A DNA stretch of 64,000 nucleotides, from positions 68,262,001 to 68,326,000 of the forward strand of contig CM052841.1 in NCBI GenBank assembly GCA_028534125.1. The letters are read 5' to 3'. The stretch comes from Lama glama (lineage: Eukaryota). Under the pieces are notes generated by a model. That model saw only the letters and a program-made list of their open reading frames with translations, did no database searches and was not told where the DNA came from. This document shows, piece by piece, positions 23,201 through 37,500 of the stretch (the first letter of the stretch is position 1; each line of letters starts with the position of its first letter). The translations under genes were made by a program, and so were the position numbers.

Positions 23201-26200
23201 ACTTTCCCATGACCCCCAAAATCAAAGAGCCACCATTTTCGGACGACAGGAGCTGAGATGATCAGACAGACTCATTTGTGAACAAGAGGCAGTAGGAGTG
23301 AGTCAGGGAAGCTCCAGATGTTACCCAGTCCAGGTCCCGAGCCTCTACTGCCCACCCTGGGGTCTCTGGGCGGCTGAGACATGGCACTCACTCAAACACG
23401 TTGTCCAACAGAGAGCCTAAGGGTTTCTGCTCCCTGTGGTAGGGAGGGTCAGGCACAAAGGCCCACTCCTCCATGACAGCCCTGGCCCCATGGGGGCAGC
23501 ACCAGGCAGAGAGAGGTGGGGGTGTGCATGGGGACCCTGGGTTACGGGCACAGGAGCCGGCACTGGCAAAAGGGAGGAGCCCTGGCCCGGGAGATGGAGC
23601 GGCCCTGGTGCCCCCGGGCCGCGTCTGGCTCCACCACCAACGCGGGCAGCTCGGCTGAGTGGAGATGGGAGCCCAGTGCTCCCGAGTCTGAGCAGCTCCT
23701 GGGAGCCAGCCCAGCACTCACCTCAGGTAGCGGCGTATGGGCTCACAGGCCACCTCCAGGACGACCATGGAGGGGTCCAGCACGCGCAGCGCCTTGATAG
23801 CTGAGATGTAGAGGGTGATGATGTCACACGTGTTCACTCCTATGGCCGGGAAGGCACAGGGACAGGAGGCAGCCACGCTGGTAAGGTGACTGGCAAGCCG
23901 CCACTGTGACCTCACCCCTCAAGAGGCCAGCTGCCACTCTTCACCTCCCACCTGCTCACGTGCGCTTTCTCCCTGCGCTGAGTGGGGTCTGTCCTGAAGG
24001 GATCGGGCACTGCCCTTGCTCCCTACAGACTGCACAAACTGCTTCTTAACCTACTCCCTCCACAGGCCCCAAGGCTGGAAGGCTGGACCCTAGGGCTCCT
24101 GGATCTGGACCCGGAGGCTAAAAGGTACCTGGGTGAAGGAGCCGTGTCTCCAGGGCAGCTTTGAGGGACACGAGCAGCTGCTGCCTCTGGTCGGTCCGCT
24201 CCAGGCAGTACTTGAGGTCTTCGACAGCTGGCCGCGAATCTGGGAAGTCTGAAGGAAGAGAGCAGGTCCTGGCACGTGCACACAGGGCACATAGCCGCTG
24301 TGCACGTGAGAAGACACTCATATGGGCTGGGGGGTGAGCAGCCACGCCCCCACCTGACCCCAGGGAGAGGCGCCTGCTGCAGGCCTAGTGTGGCTCTCGC
24401 ACCTTCCCGTGCCCACACACTTGACCATGACTGCCCTGCAGGGCAGACAGACAGCAATTCCCAAGGGCCAGCCCAGAGCCAGGACGAGACACCACAGTCC
24501 CAGGTGTACCCGCCCCTACTCCCCGAGAGCTGACGGGCAGAGGCTCGGGGAGGCGGCTCCCCGGCAGGCACGCCCACCTCGGATGATGCTGAAGAGCTCC
24601 TCAATGCGCAGGCCAGCATAGATGCGGTAGAAGAACCTCTGCACGTGGCAGCGCCACCGGCGCAGTGTGTTGCCAGCCTCTGGGGACGTGGGCCTGCTGG
24701 GGCCATCCTGCAGAAACACCTTGCCCAGCCAGCCGACCACCCTCTCAATCCACTGTCAGGAGAGCACAAGTGTGGGGATTTGGGGGCTGAGCCCAGAACA
24801 GGCGCTAGGAAAAGCCACGCAGCTACCCACCCTGCTGGCTGGCCCCAGGGCCACCTGCTCTGGAGTCCCAGAGTACACCGAAGTCAGCAGGATGAGGGGC
24901 TCAAAGGGGGCCTCCCAGGGCCTCCATCAACGCACACCCAGGCCCCTTCCACACACCCAGGGCCCATGCTCATCTCTGGTGACAGTGACTCTGAGGTAGG
25001 GCAGCAGGTCCGAATGCACAGGCGCACCCTGGGAGGCACACGCACAGCCACCCCTTCCACACACAGGCAGCGCAACCCTCAGTGGGGGCGCTTTCGAGCG
25101 CGCGCACATGAGCCTACAGGAGACGCTGCCACACAGACCCGGGGAGGGCACGTCCTCCACAGGCTGTCCGGCCGCTGACAAGGCTGTCCAATCTGCCGCC
25201 TGGGGACAGCACATCTGCCTCACAGGCCTCCGGGCTCACACCTGACCACTGCCACAGATACACCTGCTTTGAATAGCATACCCATCCCCACCACTGCAGC
25301 TTCGCTCCAGTCTCAAGAAACAGGGGCTAGGAAGTGGTGAAGGAGGACAGGTGGGAGGTGGGAGCAGGCTGACAGCCCCCATGCTTGGGCCCAGCTTCTG
25401 TGGAACCCAGAGCTGAGCCTCAGACTATGCCCCAACAGCGTGGACACCCTGAGGCCCCCCCAGGAAACCCCAGGCTGTGACACTGCTTCCAGCCATGTGA
25501 TCCCGCACAGACCTCACCAAGCACACCATGGGCTCTTCCTTGCTGTCACCATGGTGGGCCCAGAATGACCAGCCTGCACTCAGCACCAAGACGGATGGCT
25601 TCACCCACCAGCGAGGGCCTGATTCACCCAGGTCTCCATGCCCTGGCAGCTTCTACAGCCAGGATGTCCGTTTTGCCAGAAACCTATTCTCTGGTCCATA
25701 AGGGACAGGGCCTGAAAGGGGTCCTCACCTTATGGAACTCACGCAGAAAGGAGCGCTCATACTCGCCCCGGCAGCGGTCCTCCATCCTCTCCCGGGTCAC
25801 CTGGTGCAGGGTGGTGGTCACGGCCTCGGCACTGACCCGCTCCAGCAGACTGAGCCTGTGTCTAGAGGAGAGCCCTGCCCGTGGAGCACACAGAGCACAC
25901 CAACAGGCACCCACCGCCACCCTCAGCACATACCTCCCCACGGACCTCCTGGCAGGGACACAGCTGCACCAAGAGCTCCAAGGAAAAGCTCCTGGGAGGA
26001 CAGAGGGCTGGCAAGGGGCCACCTGCCCTCCCCAGCTGGCCCACCGCCCACGCTGGGGCACTGGCCTTCCCCATGGGACCAGCATATCTAGCCACAAGAA
26101 CCAAAGCTGCAGGAACACTCCCAGAAACACTCCTAAAACAACAGCTAAGTGAGTTACCACTCTGGCCACACATGCAGAGATGCAGCTGTTTGTGCTTTTC

Positions 26201-27927
26201 AGTGCGGACCACGGCCAGTAATTGCAGACTCATGAGAAAACAAAGAACATTTCCGTGTAACTGTCACCTAGGAGAAACCCAGCAAAAGCCCTCAGGGACT
26301 CCCTGGCCCCGTCCAGCAACAGGGCCACGCCCCGCGGCCAGCCGGAAGACTAGCAGCTGCGCTGCTGCCACTTCACTCAATGGGACAAAACCATCACACG
26401 TGGTCAGGCAGCAGAGGGACCGCACAACACAACCCGACTCTAACAGCAAAATCCTTTCCTCCTCAAGAGGTCAGAAGGGCAACCTGTTCATCCAACATGT
26501 TGGTCTAACTTCTGACTTGCTCTAGACAAAAGAAATAGCAAGCCCCTTTTTACAATTACAGAACAGAATAAATATCATTTTTCCACCCAAAAGCTACAAA
26601 AAGCACAGCAGAATTCTACCAGACCCAAGAAACTTGGAATCATGTAATCTAAGTCTGAAGCCCTTAAATCTAAGTGCCAGCAAAATATGGAACTCTGAGC
26701 TAGTGTGACAGACAGAAACAACCTGTGTTCAGGACAAAAGGTACAAACTCACAGCACACAGATGCTGAGGACTCTCCCTCTGTCATGCTCCTGGCTATCA
26801 CGACAAGCAGCAGAGACCCCCAGCTCTGCCACCTGTCTCACCAGCTCTCCACAGAGGCCAGCTGGGCCCAGAAGAGCAAGGCGGAGTCAGGAGGAACAGG
26901 GGCCTAGCCACGCAGGTGTGAGTACTCACAGGATCTGGCTGAGCTGGTGGAACTGCTCCAGCGCCTGGCGGCACCAGCACTGCTGTTTGTCACTGCCACA
27001 GCCTGCACACAGGGGGCTCTGCAGAAGGCGGTAGTACCGGCGGCGGGCATACCTGCTGTCCAGTTCTCCCTCCAGTTCTGGATCTGTACCTCCTTCCCCT
27101 TTTCTCTTACTCTGCATATAAACTCTCAAGAAGCGCCCATAAAGACGCTGGATCATCTCCTGAAAAGTTCTGGGAGTGGAAAAAAACAAGACGCCCCGCA
27201 ACGTGGTGTGGACCTTTTCCCGAAGCCCCTGAGCGCCGGTGCCCATCAGCAAGCCCAAGCGAGTCCATTTCTCCAGGAGCTCTAGACTCCGCAGGTAGGG
27301 ATCCAGGCGGCTCTCCAGCAGACCGAAAGCATCAAGGAGCAGAAGAAGGCACTGGGGCTCATCTGCACAGTTCTCGCGCTGGCAGATGGCATTCCAAAAC
27401 TCTAGGGAGATGTTGGCCTGCAGGTCATTCTGCAGCACCTCTACGAACCACTCCTCCAGGACCGAGTGCAGACCGTGGCCTCGGAGAACCTCCACCGCCG
27501 CCCGGAGCTCCTCCTCCTTTGGAGGGACCGCGCCGCTGGTCCGGGAGGATGCCTGGAGTACAGAAAACTGTGGGGAGAAGGGAATACAGCGCAGAGGTGG
27601 AGAGGGCGGTGATAGGTGGGGAGAGGCGAGGAAGAGACGGAGCGAAGGGGAGGCTGCGGAAACCCCGCTGCCCTTGCTCGCACGGATGCAGAGCCGACGC
27701 TAGGGAAGGGCTGTCGAACACGGAGGGACCGTAAAGAGAGGAGGCGAGACAAGCGGACGACGGAGGAAGCCGTATGAACCCGCCGCCCTCTTCCCGGGCC
27801 TCACCAGTCCCAGTGCGGCCGGTGGCACCAGCCCGGTGCTCACGGTATTCCAGGCCACCAGCAGTTCCTGTGCGGGCCCGGGGTCGTCGTGCGCCTCAGC
27901 AGACGCCTCCTCCACCGCCGCCGCCAT
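17225..27927 (-). CDS. ANAPC2: Anaphase-promoting complex subunit 2, cullin-like (824 aa)
   Basis: 13 exons: 27927-27805, 27552-26930, 25861-25729, 24752-24578, 24248-24129, 23839-23722, 23096-22915, 22606-22465, 22197-22122, 22041-21838, 18056-17927, 17773-17538, 17437-17225. Cullin motifs SKDLFINEYRSLLADRLL and ILSSEFWP, C-terminal winged helix. Variant PAS AGTAAA at 17149-17144. Confidence 0.98.
18230..19977 (+). mobile_element. ERVL-MaLR (MLT1-type) provirus: LTR ~18230-18608, internal ~18609-19571, LTR ~19572-19977
   Basis: Two diverged copies of MLT1 LTR motifs (ACTTGGAAAxxGGGTC, TTAAGAxGAxGTC, AGCTGGAxGAGG, CCCTG..ACxxTGA) flank MLT-int-like sequence ending CATGAATTTTGGAGGCCAGAGGGTGGAC. 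Antisense to ANAPC2 in intron 10. Confidence 0.8.
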
Positions 27928-28117
27928 CTGCACCCACCAGTTCCCAGAGCCTCCCGGCGTGGCGCGCGGTGATGACGCAGGCCTGGGCGCGCGCGCACAG
28001 CGATGACGCACGCGAGAGGCGCGCGACGGTGACGTCAGCCGTGGTCACCCCCGTGCGCGTGCGCGGGAAGCGATGCGGTAGCGGCGGTTGGAGGGAACGG
28101 GACCCCGGGCGACGACC
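27928..28117. promoter_or_regulatory. Bidirectional CpG-island promoter ANAPC2/SSNA1
   Basis: Start codons 190 bp apart head-to-head. Full CRE TGACGTCA 28030-28037, TGACGCA half-sites 27973 and 28004, NRF1-like TGCGCGTGCGC 28054-28064 overlapping E2F-like GCGCGGGAA. Confidence 0.85.
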
Positions 28118-29339
28118 ATGACCCAGCAGGGCGCGGCGCTGCAGAACTACAACAACGAGCTGGTCAAGTGTGAGCAGCCGCGCGGCGGGGCCCACCGGGC
28201 AGACTGGGAGGAAGTGGGGCTCGCCGGCTTGCGGGCCTGAGCAGTAGGTGGCCCGCAGCGCGCGGTCTGGCGTGTTGTACGGTCCGTGCGTGGGTGTCCC
28301 GGTCGGGGCGGCGCGGACGCCGTCTGGCCCTGTCCAGCGCACAGCCACAGCGTGGCCCGCCCCGAGTGCTGGGTATCTGGAGAGTGAGCACGCACGGCGT
28401 CCCGGGCCCGCGCCCGCGGTCTCGTGCGGTGCCTTCTTTAACCCCGAGACCCCGGGACGCAGGACACTGGCCTGGCTCGGGCGGAAGGTGGCCCAGCTGG
28501 CACCGAGGCCCTCCACTATCCTCTTCCCCACAAAGCGGTGGGCTCCAGAGTGGGAGGGGTGGTGTTCTTCCAGCCCTGGGCCCACAGCGCGTGCCCTTCT
28601 CGGCCTACCTTAGGCATTGAGGAGCTGTGTCAGAAGCGGGAAGAATTGTGCCGGCAGATCCAGCAGGAGGAGGATGAGAAGCAGCGGCTGCAGAATGAAG
28701 TGAGACAGCTGACCGAGAAGCTGGCCCGAGTCAACGAGAACCTGGCTCGCAAGATCGCCTCTCGGAACGAGTTTGATCGGACCATTGCGGAGACAGAGGC
28801 AGCCTACCTCAAGGTGGGGCTGGGGGCCTGCATGCTGGGCAGAGTCCCTCAAGACTTTCTGGCCTGGGGCGCCCCCACATAGGCCATAGGCCCACTGTGG
28901 AGTGACAGATATAGCATGGCTGTCAGTGTGGCCCGGGTCCTGTTGTTTGCACCATGCTTGTTACTACATCACTCCTTCCAGACACTGAGCAACAGAGTGG
29001 CAGCAGGAGCCAGAGCCAACCTGGGCCTGGCTTCCCAAAGTGTAAGGAAGGGACTTTGAGCTAGACTCAAAGGGAAAAGGGCCTTGCAGACCCTGTCCGC
29101 CCGTCCCTTCAGGCTTCCTTGTCCCACAGACCCTGTCCTGCTGTCCCCTGGCACAGCATAGGATGAGGGCTGGACTCCAGAGCTTTCCCACAGGAGGAAC
29201 AGTGACAGCTGTCTCACGTCTCTGTTCTCAGATCCTGGAGAGCTCGCAGACCCTGCTCAGTGTCCTGAAGAGGGAAGCAGGAAACTTGACCAAGGCCACA
29301 GCCTCAGAGCAGAAGAGCAGTGGAGGCAAGGACAGCTGA
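28118..29339 (+). CDS. SSNA1: SS nuclear autoantigen 1 / NA14, coiled-coil microtubule protein (119 aa)
   Basis: Exons 28118-28169, 28614-28813, 29232-29339: [29 protein letters not shown]...SSGGKDS*. AATAAA at 29740-29745. Confidence 0.97.
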
Positions 29340-31522
29340 TGGGCCCCGGATGGAGGGCCCACCTCCACTGTAGTCAACCCCCAGAAAGTGTTTTCAAAGC
29401 TTCTGTCCCTCATGGCAGCAGTTTCCTTCCCTTGGTGTCTTCAGTGCTGCCAGAGGCAGCTGCCAACCTCCACTGGCTCTGGGTGACAAGAAAGCCCTTG
29501 GTGTGGCCCAGCAAGTGGGGGTCCTGGCCCCACACTCACACAGGTTCTGGGTCAGCCCTACTCAGGGCCTCTCTGAGGCCCCCACACTCCCTTGGGCTGC
29601 AAGGAAGAACCTGCTTCTAGTCTCAGCACCATAGGAGGCCCCTCATCTTGTTCCTCAGCCAGCAAGTGCCTAGGTCAATGGGGGACAGGCTGGGGCCCTC
29701 CTTCACCTGAGAGCTTGCCCTCGGGGCATGTGACTTATCAATAAAAGTTGTGTTTGTAAAGACCTGTGCTGGTTTGCTGCCTGTGTCAGGAGTGTGCCAG
29801 ACACCCCCAGACCCAGAACCCCTACCTAGCTACAGTGCAGCTCCTGGGAGGGGAGAGGGGCGCCTGGAGTGGCTTTCCCTGTGACTGGCCTTGCTGGCCT
29901 TGAGGACAGAACTAAGGGTGCCCCTAAGCATTTCCTGTGACCCTCATCACCCACTGTCTTTCCCTGCCAGGGCCACTGGTCCTGTTCCCTGCCATGCCCT
30001 GGTGTCCTGCAGGAAGCCTGGCTCAGGGAGAGGCTCTTCCTGGGTTCAAGTCCTCCAACAAGGGCTGCTCCCCAGCTCTGTGATTCCAGACTCGACTCTG
30101 CGAGACAGCACAGCAGCCTCCCCGGTTGTGCCTGCCTCCCAGGCAGCCTGGGGCTCAGCCCCCCATCCTGAGTCACTTCTCGGTCCATCTGTCTTGACCT
30201 GTTGGCACCCACGGGGTTCCTACCACCATGGTCTGGGCGGTGCAGGAGCTGGGCCAGGCGGATTGGGAAGTATGTATTGGCTGAGAGGGTCTGGAGAAAC
30301 CTGGGCCCATCCCTCCCAGGAAAATGTGCTCCCTCCCAAGCCTGGCCAGGTGGCATCTCCCATGGGCCTGACTCTCCAAGAGGAAAAGACCTGTATCCAA
30401 TGCTCAGATTGTAAGCAGCCTGGCTCTGCACAGGCAGCTGAGAACGTCTCCAGACGCAGCCAGCCCAGCCAGGCACCAGGTCCCTAGCAGGCAGCTCTGT
30501 CTTGTCACCTCTCCAAATTCATCAGATTTCCAGGCTAGTACAACCCCAGGGGAGTGGTCTGCCTGCTACAGCCTTCCCACAGGCTCCTGTGGGCAAGGGA
30601 ACCTTCTGATCCCGGAGGCAAGATCCCAGAGGCTCTGCCCACCTTCTCGATCCACTCCCAGGCTCTTGGCCTGCACTCCCATCCCTGTTACCTAGAGCCT
30701 AGGCCCCTGTACATGCAGTTCCAGGCCCAACCACAGCTCCACCTCTAGGGGACAAGGGGAGCCCCAGAGCCTGGGGATGCTCACAGGGCAGGCACAATGA
30801 GGTCCCTATTCCGGCCAAGCGGGTGGCTGGGAAGGGAAGCAGGACATCTAGGGCCATGGGGGTGGGGAGAGCCTGGACTACTGGGGCTGCGAGCTGCCGG
30901 GGGCAGGCTCCCCCGGGCACAGAAGTGCAAGCTAGGCTTCCATCACACCGTGTGGGTGGCCTCCTCCCCACTGCCAGTGCCTCCATGTTGCCCAGCAGAC
31001 CCCACTCCTGCTCCCCCTTCTCAACCTGAAGAACATGCAGGGAAGGTGGAGGCAGCCTCATCCAGTGCTGTTTATTGAGTCCATCAGCAGAGGCGGGAAG
31101 ACTTCCCGTTCACCAGAAGCGGAGTGGCTCATGCTGGGGGTGTGGGCTGGGGCCTTGCAGTCCTACAGAGGACAGGCAGCCGGGTCAGCCCCCCACCCTG
31201 GACACACCTGACAGCCACTGGGCACGGTGTCTAGCAGGACCCCATCCCTCCTTCACAGGCAGTGTCCCCAAACGAGGGTCAGGGAACGAGACCCAGACAG
31301 CCCCATAGGAAGAAGCTGTGCCAGGTTCCTAAGGCTCAAGTCCTGACTACTAGCCTGGTTGAGACCTCAGGAAGAGAGAGTGGGAGCTGGGAAGGCAGGG
31401 CCTGGCAGGTCAGGGTGGTGGGGGAGGGCGGGTGCAGAATGAGTGTGGTGCTCTCAGGCACTGCCCAACTCCCAGGGCCCCACCCCTGGGGCTCAGCCTT
31501 GCCCATCCTGGTAGGGCCGGGG

Positions 31523-34500
31523 TCAGAAATAGAGGGCTGGCTCGCTTCGGAAGTCCGAGAGGTCGTTCTGGCTGGCAGGGGTGAGCTGAAAGAGAAAGGC
31601 ACAGAGGCAGCCAAAGGGGCTCGTCCAGACTTTAAAGACCCCCCCCTCCACCCCCGCCCTGGGCATCTGCCTGCCCCGCCCTGCTCACCATGACCTCTTT
31701 GGACGGTGGCTCCATCTCACTCGGAGCCTGCTCCAGCGTCTGCTCCTGCCACTTGCTGAAGGCCATGGAGTGTTTTGGAGTGTAGCTGGACAGGCCTGCA
31801 GGCCAAGTGGCACATGGGTGGATGTGTGGATGCGTGGACATGTGGCCCAGGCTCCCACAGAGCCGCCCATCCCAACAGGTGGGCACTCACCTGAGCTGCC
31901 GTTTGGCGGCCGAGGGCTCTCAGGCCCTGCGCTGTTCACAAACGAGGCTCGAGGCAGGAAGAGCACGAAGGGCTGCTCCTCAGCCCCATCTGAGCCGGAC
32001 CCCTCCTCCTCGTCCTCCTCCTCCTCCTGCTCCTCCTCCTCGCTCTCCTTCTCAGCCTCTCCCTCCTCCTCCTGCAGGGAGCTCTCTGGGGGATACTCAA
32101 ATGTGGTCTGTAGACTCTTGTCGTTGAAGGAGATCTTCATCTAGGGGCAGGAGGCACATCAGCCAAGGCCCTGCTGCCCGGCCCCCAGGGCTCTTCCAGC
32201 CGGACAGAGCCGGGTGCGGTGACCCCGACCCACAAAGCGTGCAGTGGGGGGTGTCAGACCAGAGCAGGAGCAGAACCCACCATCAGCCCTTCAGAGGTTG
32301 TAAGAGGTGGGGGGCTGCCCCTCACCAGAGATGACAGAGTGTGCAGGCCCAGGGCCACCCCTCCCCGTCTCCAACCCCAGGATCACATCACCCTGAGTGG
32401 CCCACCCCTCCCAAGGAGCAGACCCCAGCCAACACCAGGAGCCCAAAGCCTTGGGGTTTCCAGAAAGGCCACTCCCAGGATTGGAGGTCTGCCTTCTCAG
32501 GGAAGCAGGGTCCAGGTGAGGCTGCACTTGGGAGCCCCTATCTTTGCGGGAGGCCTATATCTCCAGCGGAGCCCACAGCCTTAAGCTTCCAGAAGCTTCT
32601 CTTGTTGGCAGGGGCTTCTCTCCAGGGCCAAGTTCATATCCCAGCTAGCCGGGCACCTGGACGATCCTGCCCGCCACACGGACCGCTGCTGCTGGGCAAG
32701 GGCCCAGCAGAGTCAGAGCCAGGACCCCAAGGGCCCAGAGAAGTGCTGAAGCCAGGCGGTCACCATGTGCTGTCACCACATTTTACAGCCTGAGTCAGAG
32801 GAAGCTCGGGGCTGCACCAGTGACCCTTTCCTCCCACCCGAGCTGCCCATGTGGCCCACGTCCACACTGCCCACCCTACAGGCTCCAGAATTTCATACCC
32901 GGGCAAATCCTCCCCTTCTCCGTGGCCTCGGAGCCCAGACTGGGCTACTGGTTCTGAGGGGCAGTGGGAACAGGCACCGGCAGGGGGACCACAGGCTCTG
33001 AGGGTCAGGATCCTCGCCCTTGGCGCCCCGGGACTGGGCTCCCCACCAGAGCCACTCGCCCCTCGAGGTCTGCTCAGAAGGGCTCAGCCAGGCCCTGCGG
33101 GTCGGTAATGAACATGAGAGCTGCCCGCCTGTAGCAGATGGGAGCAGCCCCGGTGGAGCTCGAAATATTAAACTCCAGGGCACAGGACACCGGCAGCCAG
33201 CTCAAGTTCCTCCTCTTCCCCTGGAAGGAGCCAGAGGCAGGAGCCAGGCCCTCAGGCAAAGAATCTGGGGGCCCAGGGACAGCAGGACGGGCAGGGGCCT
33301 TGCAGGAGGGCTGGGCTCGCAGCCCTGGGCGGCAGAAGGGCCCTGGCCCCAGGGGACACACGGCGGGCCGGCCAGGAGCGGGATGCCCGGCTCCGTAGAG
33401 CCAGCATCCAGAAACAAGGGCACACGCTCCTGCCATGCCGCCACACTCTCCCCACAGCCACACGTGTGCACACAGCCCCACACTGCCGTGGGCACCTCCA
33501 GGGCCCACTGCGCTCCTGGACCACCCAGTCTCAGCACAGCTCCCACAAGGACACCAACCGCGCAAGCCGCTAGCACAGCCACAGCTCCCCTTGACCTGGC
33601 CATCTGCACAGATGGGCAGTCAGGGACCTGAGCAGACTGGCAGACCACCACCAAGGTGGGCAAAGCCAGGATTGAGACGTTCGCTCCTCTCTCTCAAAGG
33701 TGTGCTGCCCCTCACCTTGCCCTGCCCTAAAGCGGGCCCTACCCGAACCTCCAGCTGCCGCCACAGGAGGCCAAGCAGGGCAGAGGCCTGGCATGGGTGA
33801 TCACCAGAGCTCGCAGCAGCCCACCTGCTGCCAGCCAGCCCAGGGATGGAGTCACCTGGCCCCTAGGACCCTGGACCTCTGGGACGCAGGGACAGAGACC
33901 CCAGGAGGAGCCAAGGCAGGATGGGGCCACTAGCACAGGGATGCCCCCGTGCCCCAAGTCCCCACAGGGAACGGTGCTCCTGGGCATGCGGCATTGTCCC
34001 TGACGACCTGGAGTCCCCTAGGCCCATCCCCCGCCACTGAAGAGGAGGGTAGGGCCAGCTGCCAGGCCCTAGCTGGATTAACATGCCCTCATTAGTCCAC
34101 GTGACCAGCGCCTAGCAGGGAGGCTGAGGGGGCTGGGTGAGGACAGGCACCGAGCCTGGCACAGCCTGGCCAGGCAGGGACAGGGCAGTGCTCACAGGCC
34201 AGTCTGCACCCAGCTGGGGCCCGGGGCCCAGGTCACGTCCCACCTCCCCTTCCATCTCCAGGCTCCTCGAATGAGTCTGCCCGGCCAGGCTCACAGGTCT
34301 CCCTCCTCTGAGTGCAAGTCTGTGGGTCACAGGACATCCCATGACTCATGCTGTGGGCGGGGGGGGGGGGCCCAGCCTCCAGACCCCAGGCAGACAGAAT
34401 GGGAGGGGGCGTGGCCAGGAGCTGGCACCTGTACACACCTGGTCACTCAGCTCCTAGGGACTTTGCCCGCTGCAAGGTGCAGCCAGCAGGTGGGTCCTGG

Positions 34501-37500
34501 CTAGGCCTACTTCCTGCCTCTCACGGGAAGAGCACCCTTTGTTCCCTCACCCCACCCTGCCTATGCACGCCCAGCTTGGGTTACTGAAGGGCGTCCACCC
34601 TGGACTCTGGGCTGGGAGCTGGGCTCCACCAGCCCCAGGCTGGGCTGAACATCCGCCCCACCCTGCACTCCCCAGCCTGCTCCCATCCCCCACTCAGCCT
34701 GAGCTCAGGGGCCCGCGGGACCACCCCAAGCAGTCCCTGCAAAGCTCTCACAGCCACCAGGTGGGATGCCTGGGGTCGAGGGCAGCCCCCAGCCCAGGGC
34801 AGACCCCCGCTGGTGGGGAAGCTGAGTGGCAGAAGTCCCAGGCTGGCTCCGGTGGTCCTGGGGCTCTAGAAAGACCACTGTGGGGTGGCCTGCAGGAAGA
34901 GGCTGGGGAGCGGAGAGGGTGAAAAAGGAGAACAGAGAGGAGATGCAGCTGCACGCAGGAGGGGCCGCAGCATCCCGGGGAAGAGCAGGTGCGGAGCAGA
35001 CCCTGAGGGCAGCAGCATGGGCTGAGGGGAGGTCTGAGGACCAGAGTGGTCTGCGTGGGGGTGGCTGTTACACCGCAGGCGAGGATAATGGCTCAGTGTT
35101 GAGGCTCAAGCCTTGGGGACGTGGCCTGCTTGGGCTCGGCAGAGGACCAGCAGGGAAGAGGGTGAGGAGGGCAGACAGGAGGGGAAGGAGCTGCCAGACA
35201 GGCAGGAGCCCGGCCAGCCGGCACCTCACAGAGGGGAGACGCCCACAGCGCCAGCCCCACAGGAGGCAGGTGTGGAGGGCTGTGGGACGGCCCCGCCCAC
35301 TGGGACAGTGAGGGGCAGGGGCAAGAGGGGGCGCGGCGGCAGTGCCTTGCAGCAGCCAGCTCGGGCATCCAGGTAGGGAGATAGGGCTGTTGCGATTCTG
35401 CCAAGAGATAACTAAGTGGGGATGTGTGCCTGGCTGGCTGGGCGCCCCTACCACCCAGGGCAGGGCGGCAGCCCTCCAAGGCCAGGTGAGATCACTGCGC
35501 CCTCCACTGAGGTGCCATTCTAGGGGCAGGCCCCACCCCTAGAGAGCTGCACCCCACCTGCCCCTGGGAAAAGGCACCAGCGCCTCCCACCACTGTCCTG
35601 GGTGGCCCCTGAGGTCCTGCTGGCCTCCAGGCCACCACGTCCCTGGAGTGTGGGCCTGGAGGAACAGGATGGCGATCCAAATCACAGGCTGGCAGGGGTG
35701 GTCTGGGTGAGGATGAAGACCCTCAGCCCGAGGCCTGGAGGAGCAGCAGGCGAGTGGAACAACAGGGAATGGGCAGAGCCCAAGGGCAGCCCAAGGTCAC
35801 CCTGAATGGCTGGGCAGCCGCACGCCTCCATCGCACCCAACAGGTGTTCAGGCTCTTCCTGGGCAGGGCAGCTGGTGCGTGCCCAGGCAGAAAATCACCC
35901 CTAGCAGCTCACAATGCTCTGGCAGGGCCCTAGCCAGGCCGCCTGGCCATGCCAGGCCTCATCCATCTGGACCCCCGACCACACAGGCTGGCATGGAGAC
36001 TGGAGCCCGGCCTGCTTCTTCCTATCATGTCTTCCTGCCCCAACCACCATCAGGACCCTGCCCTGCCCTTTTAACCCCAACTTAGCCACAAGTGACCCCC
36101 ATAGCTCTGACCCCAGCTGGGAAGAGAATGACCAGGCTTAAGGCTGCAGCCCTCCAGTCCCAGAAAGCAGCTGGGCTCACAGGATAAGGGCAGCCGGGTG
36201 AGGACAGGGCCTCGAACAGCTGCACTTGGTTCCTGCCCCCCAAGCTCCATGACCTCCTCCGGACCCCACAGCCTCATCTACAAAGCAGGGAGCACTATCA
36301 CCTCCACTGCCCGAGGCCAACGTGGGAAAGGACGGCCTCCCAGAGCATCCACGGTCAAGGGTCAGGAAGCAGAAGGAGGAGCAGGCAAGGTGGAGAGGAC
36401 AGGGGGTGGGGCTGGTGACCATGGCTGCTGGCTGACCACAGCACTGCCTAGAGGGTGAGGCAAGGTTAGGCACGCAGGACGGTGGGGGCGGGGCCACCGG
36501 AAGCACTGTGGGCGATGAGCGTGGATGCCCGATGGGGCAGATGGAGCTGGCAGGAGGGCCAAGGCCCTCACCCAAGAAGGGGCAGGTGATACAGGGAGAG
36601 AGGGAAGGGCCAAGGCCAACTCTGAGGCAGAAAGTCAAAAGGAAGCAGAGGAAGGAGGTGGCACGTGTTAGTAGACAGCGACAGCAGAACAGCAGGTAGG
36701 GGGCTCTGGTGACACAGGGCACATCACCCCCACTGCTCCAAGGAAACAGGCTGGGGACAAAGTTGGCCTAGGTGTGGGCAGCCACAGGAGAAGCCGGCCA
36801 GGCACCATCTTGGCTCCAGGGGAAGGTGCATCTGCCCAGTGCGCCTGCTGACTGGAGTCATGTGGGGATGGCCTTGGAATCTGCCCCAGGGCCAGACTGA
36901 GGAACTAGCTGCTAGAGTGACTAGGAAGAATCTGAGGAACGCTTCCTCATGCCCAGAGGGTTCCAGGCCACCAGGCAGCCCTGCTGGGAGAGTGAGGCTC
37001 CAAGAGGGCTCCTGGCCCTGCACCTGGGGCTCTCTCTGGCTTAAAGTCTCTCCCCTCAATGAGGCGAGTGTCTTCAGCGCAGCCCAGCATCACACCCAGG
37101 CTCAGACAGGCCTGGCACACACCAGGAGTGGGATAAACACTTCCAAGAGGCCAGTCCTGCTAAGCTCTGGGCCACTATGCCTCTGGGAGCTGAGAGCCAT
37201 TCTGAGCGGCTCCCAGTGCTGTGCCTCTAGGCTGAGAGGGAGGTAGGAACCTGACCCCACCCAAATCAAAGGTCTCCTGCCCCTTTCCCCTTCCATCCTG
37301 GCACCTGCTACTCGTATAGACCAAGACTCCTGAAGAACATGCCAGGCTACCCCCTCAAAGCCACATGAGGGCGGGGCCAACAGCTGGACCAACGACGGGA
37401 CAGGCCTGCCCAGCCAATTCCAGACAGCGCCTCAGGAACCAACAGGCAGACCTGGCACTGGCTTGACTGACTCTCTCCACCAGCCTCTCAAGGTACAGAG

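Noticed and set aside
32000-32075. (TCC)n-like repeat
   Set aside because: Explained as the poly-Glu coding tract of TPRN exon 2.
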